DNA of 64,000 bases, from positions 1,696,001 through 1,760,000 of the forward strand of contig OZ219791.1 of NCBI GenBank assembly GCA_964291215.2. The letters are read 5' to 3'. Position 1 is the stretch's first letter, and every line of letters starts with the position of its first letter. Under the pieces are notes generated by a model. It saw only the letters and a list, made by a program, of their open reading frames with translations, was not told the DNA's origin and searched no databases. Below are positions 54,341-64,000 of the stretch, piece after piece. Both the position numbers and the translations under genes were made by a program. Origin of the DNA: Alphaproteobacteria bacterium (GTDB lineage Bacteria; Pseudomonadota; Alphaproteobacteria; MPNO01; UBA830).

Positions 54341-54565
54341 CTGGTCCAGTCGGAATGTTAGTGCATTGACGATTTCTCCGCCAGCTTGGCGTGACGACTG
54401 TCTCGGGTGCCGGCGGCTGGTATCTCAAGCTGCCATTTGGCCGTATGGCGTTGTAGTGGCGCCGCCATGCTTCAATGAGGATCCGGGCCTCGTTCAAGGC
54501 TGTAGAAGATCTCCCCGTCGAAGAACTCGTCGCGGAGGCGGGCGTTGAAGCTTGTAGCCGTTTCC
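54324..54565 (-). mobile_element. IS3-family (IS407-like) right end with integrase-core tail
   Basis: TGACCTGCCCCC IR; EARILIEAWRRHYNAIRP..SL.Y.PPAPET. Confidence 0.8.
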
Positions 54566-54570
54566 CACTT

Positions 54571-54647
54571 CCAGTCTGAAGTGCAACATCCGGCTCTCAT
54601 CGCAGTGAGGGCGTAGCCCGAACGGAGATGAGGGCCGGACGTTGCAC
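54571..54647 (+). mobile_element. Possible IS30-family end stub with a long hairpin
   Basis: TCTGAAGTGCAACA resembles IS30/IS1086-type IRs; GTGCAACATCCGGC...GCCGGACGTTGCAC inverted pair. Confidence 0.35.
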
Positions 54648-54680
54648 AAATTTTTCCCCTCTGCCCTGCTCGATTCCGCC

Positions 54681-55801
54681 TAGTGTCTTGTCATTCGTCA
54701 AATGTCGTATAAAGGCGTTTGAGTTTCACGCGGGCATCGTCGGTGGTGAACTGCCAATCCACCTTGGCCTGGATGCGGTCGCCTGCCAAGCGGCAACTTC
54801 CCGGCGTAGCACCTCGATGCGGCGGTTCAGGCGGATCATGACGTTGAGTTCCACCACGTTCAGCCAACTGCCATGCTTGGGGGTGTAGACGAACTCGAAG
54901 CGGTCCCACAGGGCCTTGGCCTCGTCCGGCGGGTAGGCCTCGTAGAGGGCGCCGGGGAGTGTTGAGATTGTCCATCACTAGGGTGATGGTGGTGGCATCT
55001 TGGTAGCGCCCGGCGATGTCGGCCAGGAACTGCGCCCAATCGATCTTGCGCTCGGTTACCTTGGTCATGCGCTTGCCGGCCAGGGGTTCCGTGAAGACGT
55101 TGCAGGTACCGCAACGTCGATACTCGTAGTCGTTACGCGCTGGCTGTCCCGGCGCCATGGCGATCGGTTGCCGTGTCTCGCCGGTCGGGGCGTTTCGTCC
55201 ATGCAGACCACGGGGAAAGCGGCGGGACGGCGATAGACATCGAGTACCTTCGCTGCGGCGAAGTCGGCGTTCCCTTGAGGAGGAATCACCCACCCGCTGC
55301 CATGGCTTGAGGCAGTTTTTTTTAGAACACGCCGCACCGTCTCGTGTGACACGGTGTAACCAAGCTCGACAACGCGGTCGGCCAGCAGCCGCAACGACCA
55401 TTGCGCGTAACCCTCAGGCGGTTCACCACAACTCAGGGCCACCAAGCGCGCCTCGAAGACGCCGTCGGCTTTTCGCATGTAGGTAGGACGGCGCCGGCCA
55501 CCCAATGCCGCCTCCAACCCCTCTTCAACGAAACGCTTTTTCACCCGGTCTACTTTGCGCATGCTGATGCGCAGAATCTCAGCAATGACCTTCCCGGTCA
55601 TCTGGCATTCATTGAACGCGCCCTCGTCGCAGTTAAGCAGGGCGTTGATTACCTTTTGCGACAGGTGCGAGCCCTTGATCTCCGAAAGTTCTGCCCGTTC
55701 GTCCAGGGTCACCACGTAGCGTTTCATACTCCGACCTCCATCCCGAATGGACGGACAGTCTAGCACCAAATGTACGACATATCATTGCTGACATAACACT
55801 A
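54681..55801 (-). mobile_element. IS630-family element, transposase decayed
   Basis: TIRs TAGTGTCTTGTCA / TGACATAACACTA in CTAG context; MKRYVVTL...WSLRLLA...SHETVRR and CMDE, DYEYRRCGT, VMDNLN, WQFTTDDARVKLKRLY across several frames. Confidence 0.9.
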
Positions 55802-56018
55802 GGAACAGCTTCAGTTCCTTCAACATCGAGCTTATGCAACGCCTTTGGACGAAGGGCCGCTTCGCGGCCATGGGTGCTTGTGATCGGGTTCTGTGCTGAG
55901 TGATCGACGCGAGTGGTTGTGTCGAGATCGGCGCCCTGATGTTTCGATGAGCTGAGCGGAGCTTCACACTTCCTGGTCTCCCGACTGTTCGGGGGGACAA
56001 TCAACCAGGGAGTGAGAG

Positions 56019-56850
56019 ATGAAGGCAAAGGAAGTTTCGCCTCTTCGCCAGAAGACGGTCGAGACGATGAAGGGTCTGTCGCACGCAGGAGAACTATCTG
56101 CGTGAGATTGCGCTGTTCGACCGCCATACCGGGCATCAGCTGGAGAGCCAGACGAGCGAGGAGATCAGTGCCTGGATCCTGGAGCGGATTGACCGTGGTC
56201 TGGCGCCGCGCACGACCAATGTCACGGTGACGGCGATCCGCCTGTTCTATGGCAACGTTCTCGGCCAGCCCGAGAAGGTCGAGCATCTACACTGTCGTCG
56301 GGTTCCCGACCGCCTGCCGCGGACGATCGCGGAAGGGGATGTCGAGCACCTGATCCAGGGGATCACCGACGTACGCACGGCAACCGTTGTCGCCTACGGC
56401 GCTGCGTTGCGCATCTCGGAAGTGGTATCGCTACAGGTCACGGACATCCGCCGCGAGGAAGGTCTCCTGCACATCCGCGAGGGCAAGGGCCACCACGAGC
56501 GCATGGCCTACCTGCCCGGCGCCGTGCTCAAGGAACTGGAGCGTTACTGGAACTGGCCACGCCCTCGAAGCTGGCTCTTCTACCGCCACACACCCGATGA
56601 GCCGATCACCGTGAAAGGGCTGCGGGCCGCCTTCCGGATGGCCTGCGACCAAGTCGGCCTTGATCGCGGGGTCACCTTTCACTGTCTGCGGCACGCGGCC
56701 GCAACACATCTCCTCGAAAGAGGTGCGCCGCAGAGTGTCGTGCAGGACGTCCTGGGACACAAGTCCTCGGAGACAACACGGGTCTATGCCCGCACCACGG
56801 GCATGATGTTCCGCAACCACCCGGTGGAGAGGTTCCTGGCCGCCCCTTGA
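56019..56850 (+). pseudogene. Tyrosine recombinase/integrase associated with the IS91-like transposase (frameshifted 5' part)
   Basis: YGAALRISE, GKG, HCLRHAAATHLLE, VLGH...TRVY. Confidence 0.85.
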
Positions 56851-57991
56851 CCCTTCCCACCCCCGGCGTGGCGGACATCATTCGCCACGCCCGGCTTCCG
56901 CGTCACCCACGCGGGACGGCTGGACGCGCTCTCGAGCGAGGTGCTTGACCGCATCGCATCCTGCCGCACGGCGGAACTCGGCGGTCACCTCTACCAGTGC
57001 ACCCGCGCTTCCATGTCGCCTGGCACTCACCGTCACTGCCCCCAGGGCGCCGCGGCGCAGGCGGCGCGGCAGGCGGCCCATGTCCTGCCCTACTTCCACA
57101 TCGTCTTCACCCTGCCCAGGCCCATCGCACAGATCGCCTTCCAGAACCGAAAGACCGTGTTCGACATCCTGTTCCATTGTACCTCCGACACCATCAAGAC
57201 CATCAGCGCCGATCCCCGACGCTTCGCCGCTCACGTCGGCGGCACCGCCGTGCTCCACACCTGGAACCAGAAGATGGAGTGGCATCCCCACATCCACTGC
57301 CTCGTTCCCAACGGCGGCTTCGATATCAACTCCGGAGCGTGGAAGGCGGGGTCCCCCCACTTCTTCGCTCCGGTCCGCGTCCTCGCATCCTTCTTCCGCA
57401 ACCGCTTCCTCGAGAAACTGGCCGAGCTCTCCTTCCACGGCTCCATCGCCCACCTCGCCGACCGCAAGGCCTTCGAGAAGGTGCTGCAGGAAGCACGCAC
57501 GATCGCCTGGAACGTCTACGCGGCCCTTCAACGGACCCGAGGCCGTCATCCGATACCTCTCCCGATACACCCTCGCCATCTCCGACGCCCGCATCATCGC
57601 CTTCGACGGCGCAACCGTCACCATGCGTCACCGCAAGCCCGTCACCAAGCCCGCCGAGAAGCCCACCTACGGCGCCATGCAACTCTCTACTGACGCCTTC
57701 ATCAGACGCTTCCTCCTCCATCGCCTGCCCAAGGGACTGCACCGCATCCGACACTTCGGCATCCTCGCCAACGGATGCCGAGCCAGGACCCTCGACGCCG
57801 TGCGCTCGCTCACCAGCGCCCAGACCAACACCACCGACGACGACACCGGCGTCAAGGTCTGCGCCCACTGCGGCGCACCCTTGCGGCTCGTTCTCGACTT
57901 CGGACGCAAGAGCCTCTCCCCCGAAAAACGCGCCCTTCTCGACGCCCTGATACGCCAACGCGGGCCTCCAACACCACAGCCGCCGCCATGA
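56847..57991 (+). pseudogene. IS91-family (Y2 HUH) transposase, frameshifted
   Basis: CRTAELGG, YFHIVFTLP, LHTW...HPHIHC, YLSRY, FIRRFLLH.LPKG..RIRHFG. Confidence 0.88.
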
Positions 57992-58365
57992 CAGCACCGA
58001 CATCATTCCAGCACAAACGGGGGCCCTACCGCCGCGCGGCTCTGCGTCCTCATGACGTCAGACTGTTGTCCACGGCCCTGCAGAACCCCATGCCAGAGTG
58101 CCCATCCGCGTCCCGCAGGCTCGACAGCCCTCGTCGTGGCCCGAACATCACGGACCGACAGCGGACAACACGCCCCCTCGAGCGTCCGTAAACAACACCT
58201 CCTTCACACTTTCTGCATGCTGACACCGAGGCGGCGCGGCCTTCGTCCAAACCCGCTTAGTGACGGCGCTCCGGCCGTCACTAACCAGAATCTTGTCGGC
58301 TTCAAGCCACTATTTTGCCGTCGCGCGGCATTGGACTTGGACCGGTGTGGACCGGTTTTTGGACC

Positions 58366-59594
58366 GGTACTGTAACTTGATGTCTGGAAATTTGTCTGAG
58401 GTTTGCGCTTTGAGGCGTTTCACTGGGGGGGCTAGCCCCCCAGTGAAACGCGGCGCCATCGTGCTATCCCATGGAGCTGTAAACCTTCATGGAGGAAGCG
58501 AATGGACCTGCGACACACTACGACGATTGAGGCTGTTTTGGAACATCTGATCGCAAACGGAGCAACGGATCTGGGACGGGTCTTTGGCCAGCTCTTCGAG
58601 CTTGCGATGCAAATCGAGCGCGAGCAGTACTTGAAAGCGGGCCACCGGACGCCGGAGCGACAGGGCTATGCCAACGGCTACAAGCGGATCGACACCCCCA
58701 CTGTTGCCGTTCAGGTGCCAAAGACGGCCGGTCACGGGGACGACCCCCCCAGTCGCTTGAACGCGGCCAGCGATCTTCTCGCGCCGTAGCCGAGATGTAC
58801 ATCAAGGGTGTTTCCACACGGCAGGATGTAATGCGCGAGTTCGGGAGCCTGTCCTCTTCTCAGGGGGCCACCAGGTTGCTCGATGAAGAACTCGCCGCGC
58901 AACCGGCCCCTGATGAAATACCTGGATGCGCGCTACGAAAAAGCCCGCCATGACGGCGTTGTGCGCGATGTTGCAGTGCTCTCGGCCATCGGAATAGGGG
59001 CTGCAGGCACGTTCTGGGGCTCTCTGTGGCGCTCTCCGAGGCCGAGGTCCATTGGAGAGCCTTCCTGGAAAGCTTGCTAGCCCTGCATGGTACGACCTTC
59101 ATCGTCCGGATGACCATGCTGGGCTGAAAGCGGCACGACGCGCGGTGCTGGGCGCGGCGACGTGGCAGCGCTGCCAGTTCCACCTGGCGCAAAACGCCGT
59201 GCACCGAACAACGACATCAGGAAACGTATTGGAAAACAGCTCAGAGCCACGCCTCCTCACTCCAAACCGCCGAGGCTGAACTAGGCGCCCTCGTGGCCAG
59301 CGACAAGCATCCAGGCTTCCTGGCTGGAAAAGAATGCGGGGCTCGCTGTCTTCACCTTGCCCGATGCTCACCACAAACGTATGCGAACCTCGAACGGCAT
59401 CGAGCGACCGATCCAGCAAGAACTCAAGCGGCGCACCTCCAAAGTCAGGGTCTTTCCAAACCTCGCCTCGTTGGAGCGCCTCTCAACCGCGGTCCTCATC
59501 GACGAAAAATGGGAAACCGAAACCAAGGCATACATCAAATGGGAACAGCTCGATCAGCTTCACGACAATTTCCAGACATCAGGTTGCGTAATCC
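58366..59594 (+). mobile_element. IS256-family element, transposase decayed
   Basis: IRs GTAACTTGATGTCTGGAAATT / AATTTCCAGACATCAGGTTGC; EMYIKGVST, YLDARYEK, WQRCQFH, MRTSNGIER in shifting frames. Confidence 0.9.
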
Positions 59595-59620
59595 TGAGAT
59601 CTGCGGTCCAGTTTCCTTCG

Positions 59621-60577
59621 CTATTCGCCTTCACTCGTACTGTCGCCGGCAGTCAGGCCTTCAAATGCTTCCAACAAGTCCAGATGCCGTCGCGGAAAAT
59701 GCACAAAGAGTTCGCCCTCGTAGCCCAGCTCATCCTTCTGGAGATTGAAAGTACCCCGCTCTTCACGCATCTTGTAAAACTTGACCGATATTTTCCTGCA
59801 CTCCAAAGCCGTCATGATCGTGTACTTGGCCGACTCTTTACACTTCATCCCGAAGATGACTTCTTCCAGTTCCAGGGGCGAACCCTCAGCCCCCCGACGC
59901 CCGATCAGTCGCCACTCCCGTTCGTAAGACCAACTCTCCGCCTTTCTCAGCATCACAGCTGCTTCGACCGTTGTGCGGGCTTCATCATCTCCATCCAGCA
60001 TCGCGCTCACCTCGCTCGCCTTGACCAGCCGAGATCGATCGTACGCTACTCTATGAACATCCCCTGTAACCCGCTCTGGTACTGAATAGCCTAGGAAAAT
60101 CCCGCGATGCTGGTCGCCATAGTGGCTCCACATCAGCGGGCAGTCGTCCCGCTCTGCGAACGAAACAATGCCCTTCTCGTATCGCTGAAGCAGTTCCAGC
60201 TCGATGCGATACGTTAACGTCGCTTCGATATCGAATCCCTCGTCCATCTCGCTGTATTCGATCTTATCCCTAAGCTCATCGGCCTGGCCGCGACTGCGCT
60301 TCTCGATCAGATCCGTCGTCTTGGGCTCCTTAAGCCTCATAGCATCAGCTGCCGCACACATTTCTTTAGCGATGCGTTGTTTGGTCAGCATCCGCAGAAT
60401 CCTTCCGAGCTCACCAACATCGACATCGTTGTCAAGCGAAGGCTGGGTATCCAGCGGATCGTTGAACGTGCGCGGGTCGGCAAAGTAAAGCCGGTCTCCC
60501 ACGACCATGTCCAAAGTCCGGGCAGTCAAGTCACGATACTTGTACAGCCGCGTGGGCAATCTCTTATCTCTTTCCAT
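59621..60577 (-). CDS. DUF2971 domain-containing protein
   Basis: LYKYR, FNDPLD, LMWSHYGDQHRG, K...WSYEREWR. Confidence 0.88.
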   Translation of the reverse strand: MERDKRLPTRLYKYRDLTARTLDMVVGDRLYFADPRTFNDPLDTQPSLDNDVDVGELGRILRMLTKQRIAKEMCAAADAMRLKEPKTTDLIEKRSRGQADELRDKIEYSEMDEGFDIEATLTYRIELELLQRYEKGIVSFAERDDCPLMWSHYGDQHRGIFLGYSVPERVTGDVHRVAYDRSRLVKASEVSAMLDGDDEARTTVEAAVMLRKAESWSYEREWRLIGRRGAEGSPLELEEVIFGMKCKESAKYTIMTALECRKISVKFYKMREERGTFNLQKDELGYEGELFVHFPRRHLDLLEAFEGLTAGDSTSEGE

Positions 60578-60735
60578 GTTCCCCTGTCCGCTTCCGGATA
60601 CGATCGCTCCTTGGGTCCCGGATCGCATTACGCCAGCGTTGCTACAACTCCCATGCGAAACGGTGCAGACCGGGCACGCTTCGGTCTTCCAGGCTGGGTG
60701 CAAGTCCGGTATGGCTATCGTAACCATTTGATTTA

Positions 60736-61553
60736 TTATGAGTTTGCCTTTGTTTCGGGTTCCCGATCACGGAGTTTGGTAACAATCGGGGGTTGGAGGG
60801 CCGGCATTTGTCACGGTTGCACGATGGCGGGGGCTGCGGGACCGCTCCGCCCCGCCAGAGGCGGGTAGGATGTTGTGTGCACATCAACCTCGGGAGCGGT
60901 CCCATGCCAATGTCGCAGCCTGCGCAGTCTTCGTTCATCGATCTGTCGGGCTTGGCGGCTCGGGTTCTTGAGACGCTGACGGGGTTGGCGGCCGTGTGCT
61001 GTGCGCCGCTTGCTTCGGAGCCCTGTCCGGCGGCGTTCGAGGAGGTGGAGCGGCGAGTTCGGGAGAGCGTGAACGTGCTGGGCTGCGCGGTGCTGGGGTC
61101 GTGGATCGAGCGCCTTGACGACGGGGCGGGTCGAGCGGGCCGGGCAGCGACGGTTCCGTGTGGCGGCGACGCCGAAGACGATCATGAGCGCGCTCGGCCC
61201 GGTGACCTACGGGCGCGCTATCGCCACGGCGTGGGCGGCCTCTCGTTCGTGCCGGTGGACGAGAGCCTGGGACTGGTGAACGACTGGCTGACGCGCCCGG
61301 CTGCGCGGCTCGGGTTGATGATGATGGGCCACGGCACGGCCAGGGAAGCGGAAGAGTTCTTCTCGGAGATGGGCGCCATGACACCGTCCGCGCCCTCATC
61401 AAGTCCGGACGCTTCGACTGCGCATGGGCAACCATCATGGCCGATGCCGATACCCCGGCCAACGACAACAACTGCCCTGGCTACGCCGCCAGACGCGCCG
61501 CATGAGCCCCATCAGCCGACCGATCCCGGCATCGCCATGTCAAACTCACGCCC
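60736..61553 (+). mobile_element. Internally deleted ISKra4-like element (boundaries approximate)
   Basis: FEEVERR...VPVDESLGL...GAMTPS joined to C-terminal ALIKSGRFDCAW; right end GTCAAACTCACGCCC. Confidence 0.55.
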
Positions 61554-61750
61554 TCCGATCATCATATCGTTGCCGGAACTGCCATCCAGTGTTTCGTTTT
61601 CGGAATCTCCATAGAAAACGGAGTAATTCCGGCAACTGACGCCGTCGAGATCATCCGGGTCGATCTGCGACTTCCGCACTCCTTTCAGATGGACCGAACC
61701 GTCCTTATAGCCAATGGTCACGCCGTTGTCACCGTCGACGAATTCCAGGT
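61554..61750 (-). pseudogene. RTX/hemolysin-type Ca-binding protein fragment
   Basis: VFYGDSENETLDGSSGNDMMIGG nonapeptide-like repeats; cut on both sides by mobile elements. Confidence 0.5.
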
Positions 61751-61943
61751 CACGACGATCCCATGCTAATTCAGAGACGCGAAATCCGAATGCGTTGGGG
61801 CTCGGGTCATCACAGATCGCCTCCTTGATCGCAATTTTCGTGCCAAGAAGGTCCCATCGAGCCTTGGCGGCACGATTGCAGCGCGACGCAAACTGAGAAA
61901 ATCTTGCCAGTCGTAGCCGGATTAGCAGCGTGGGATCACCGTG
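61751..61943 (+). repeat. ~190-bp MITE-like repeat, copy 4
   Basis: Nearly identical to copy 3; no TSD. Confidence 0.9.
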
Positions 61944-62199
61944 GCACTCAGCTTGATGGCCGTTGACATGCTGAGGCGCGTAGCCTACCTCCGGCCACTT
62001 CAAGCTTGCGTCCCTTGGTCAGGTTGGGGCGAGTGGTTGCGGCCTTTTGAATTGGAATGACGATGTCCCATGCTTCGCTTTCGGACCGCGCAAATGTGGC
62101 AGGTGGCTATCGTATCCGCGGTGTTGCGAGGCCGTGGCGGTAGGCGTTCAATGCGTGGTGGCGCGGCCTCGGGTTTGCCGGCTGAGTGGGTAGAACGTC

Positions 62200-63220
62200 T
62201 TGACGACCCGCAGCGACATGCCCGAATGTTTCGATTCTGAGTCGATAGGAAAGCTCGAAACCGTTGATGTCGGCAGCAGTACGGCCGGGGATGAAGGCCG
62301 TGTGCGCGAGATCGTCGGCCAATACGCTGCCCATATCATCTGGACGGTCAGCAAGCCGTTGCTGCCGAAGCGGCACTATCTCTTGATTTTGCTAATATCC
62401 CCGCGGTTGCGCAGATCACCGAGATCGTTTATCGGATCGATTCAAGTACGCGGGAGCATATGGTCGCAAGGACTCTGGGTCCCGAAGAAACCGGCTATTG
62501 CAAGTTGTCGCTTGATCGACCTGTTGAGATGGCTGTTGCCACCGACGGCAGAGCGAGAGTGTCCCGTCTTGCCGACCGACTTACCGGCGAGGAAGCCAGC
62601 ATAGGCACCATTGATTTCGCGTTCCGCAGTGTGGCCAGTGTCGTCCGACAGAAGTTGAAGGTTAACAAGGCGACGAGGTCGCGCGCGCTCAAGCATCGCC
62701 CCTGCGTGTTATGGATGACCGACTCATCCGGGGCAGGGAAATCGGCTATCGCCGACCGTGTGGAACAGAAGCTTCATGCGAGAGGCCGGCGCACATATCC
62801 CCTGGACGGGGACAATGTCCGGCTCGGGCTCAACAGGGAACTCGGCTTCACCGGCGCGACCGGGTCGAGAATATCCGTCGCGTGGCCGAGGTCGCGAAGC
62901 TGATGGCCGATGCAGGCCAAATTAGTGCCCGCACGGAAATGACCGTTTCCTTCATCTCTCCGTTCAGGTCGGAACGCAGCATGGCGCGCGATTCGGTAGA
63001 GAAAGGCGAGTTCCTGGAGATATTCGTCGACGCGCCGATTGCGGTCTGTGAGGTGTGCAACCCGAAGGGTCTCTACGCCAAAATGCACAGAGGCGAAATC
63101 ATGAACTTCACCGGGATCAATTCTCCTTACGAACCGCCGAACGCTCCCGAACTGCGGGTCGATACGACGACGATGATGGTGGACCTCGCCACGGACCCAG
63201 TCGGTCGATTGCTGGATTGA
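62200..63220 (+). pseudogene. cysC: CysNC/NodQ-like fragment (CysN domain III plus adenylyl-sulfate kinase), frameshifted
   Basis: [54 protein letters not shown] split over frames; upstream CysN-like QYAAHIIW and GYCKLSLDRP. Confidence 0.85.
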
Positions 63221-63313
63221 TGTCAGGATATCCTCTGCAGTACACTGGGCGCACCCCTTGCTCGCCGGTTGTTATGGCAGGCGAAGGGCCGCAAGATGAC
63301 TAGGAGGCATTCG

Positions 63314-64000
63314 ATGACCGGCGATAAATTGCACTGTCCACCGGTGATCGTTCTCAATTCCGGCCGTTGCGGGTCGACGATGTTGTCCACCATGTTGAAT
63401 CTGCATCCGGGTATTCTCAGTATTTCCGAGTTCTTCACGCTTCACAGCACTGCCCTATTCAGTCGATGGCGCATGACCGGAAACGGAATGTGGCATGTTC
63501 TTACCCATCAGCCGCAATTGGTTCGCTATCTTCTGAAAGAAGACTACGATGAGCTGCTGTATCCATTCAAAGATCCTGACTCGCGGTTTGGACGAAAGAC
63601 TGTCCCTCCGATTTTGTGCGTGACACTTCCTCACTTGACAAATGAATATGAAGCACTTTTCGATGAACTGGAATCGGTTGTGCGAAATTTCCCACGCCAA
63701 TCTCCTGCAAACCACTGTCGCAGTCTTTTTGATTGGTTATGTCAGAGATTCGACCGACGGGTCTGGGTGGAACGCTCGGGCGGGTCTTCCATGTATGCAT
63801 CAAGGCTCATATACAGGTTCCCGGAAGCCAAGGTGATCAACATGCATCGGGATGGACGGGATGTTGCGCTATCCATGTTTCAGCATCATCCATTTAGAGG
63901 GATTGCACCCTACATCATCGCGCTCCAGAAGCGAAGATACGATCCCTTTAGAGTTGAAGCGAAACGTGATGAATTCTGGGATTCCATGGCGCTGCGCCTG
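63314..64000 (+). CDS. Sulfotransferase family protein (paralog of 50832..51878; runs off window)
   Basis: AGGAGG RBS; read by hand: SGRCGSTML...HPGILSISE...VTLPHL...VWVERSGG...HRDGRDVALS. Confidence 0.9.
   Translation, partial: MTGDKLHCPPVIVLNSGRCGSTMLSTMLNLHPGILSISEFFTLHSTALFSRWRMTGNGMWHVLTHQPQLVRYLLKEDYDELLYPFKDPDSRFGRKTVPPILCVTLPHLTNEYEALFDELESVVRNFPRQSPANHCRSLFDWLCQRFDRRVWVERSGGSSMYASRLIYRFPEAKVINMHRDGRDVALSMFQHHPFRGIAPYIIALQKRRYDPFRVEAKRDEFWDSMALRL

Noticed and set aside
58415-58451. Strong hairpin GCGTTTCACTGGGGGGG-CTAG-CCCCCCAGTGAAACGC as an independent terminator
   Set aside because: It lies inside the IS256 left end, upstream of its transposase, so it is part of the element.
49965-61943. 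MITE copies 3 and 4 as ends of a composite transposon carrying the sulfotransferase/AlkB-GlnE genes
   Set aside because: They are in direct orientation, but the outer flanks (CATCCCTCC vs GCACTCAGC) are not a target duplication.

Overview
GC-rich bacterial chromosome segment, most likely Alphaproteobacteria (gltD-before-gltB order, NDUFA9-like, SURF1/DUF983, COX15, HisN). About 1-2.7 kb: the start of a Mo-hydroxylase (coxMSL/xdh-type) operon, preceded by a heme-oxygenase-like diiron enzyme. About 2.8-6.9 kb: a small graveyard of IS remnants, a Dam-like methylase fragment, a PrlF/YhaV TA pair with a truncated toxin and a DUF3883 nuclease-like gene. About 7-49 kb: intact housekeeping genes (nfu, ctaA, M32 carboxypeptidase, hisN, yejA-like, uppP, gltDB) mixed with a large aromatic/organosulfur catabolic repertoire (four luciferase-like monooxygenases, gentisate dioxygenase, LigAB/CarBab-type dioxygenase, UbiD, TauD, two FAH proteins, MetE-like protein, a degenerate ALDH). 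About 49.5-64 kb: an accessory region of decayed mobile DNA (group II intron 3' end, IS66, IS3, IS630, integrase+IS91-like, IS256, ISKra4-like) around the most striking locus. This is a sulfotransferase translationally coupled to an 821-aa protein in which an AlkB-type membrane diiron hydroxylase is fused to a degenerate GlnE adenylyltransferase half; a decayed cysNC (APS kinase) and a second sulfotransferase paralog lie nearby. A ~190-bp MITE-like repeat occurs four times. No rRNA, tRNA or CRISPR array was seen. All family calls come from motif recognition by eye; no database search was run.
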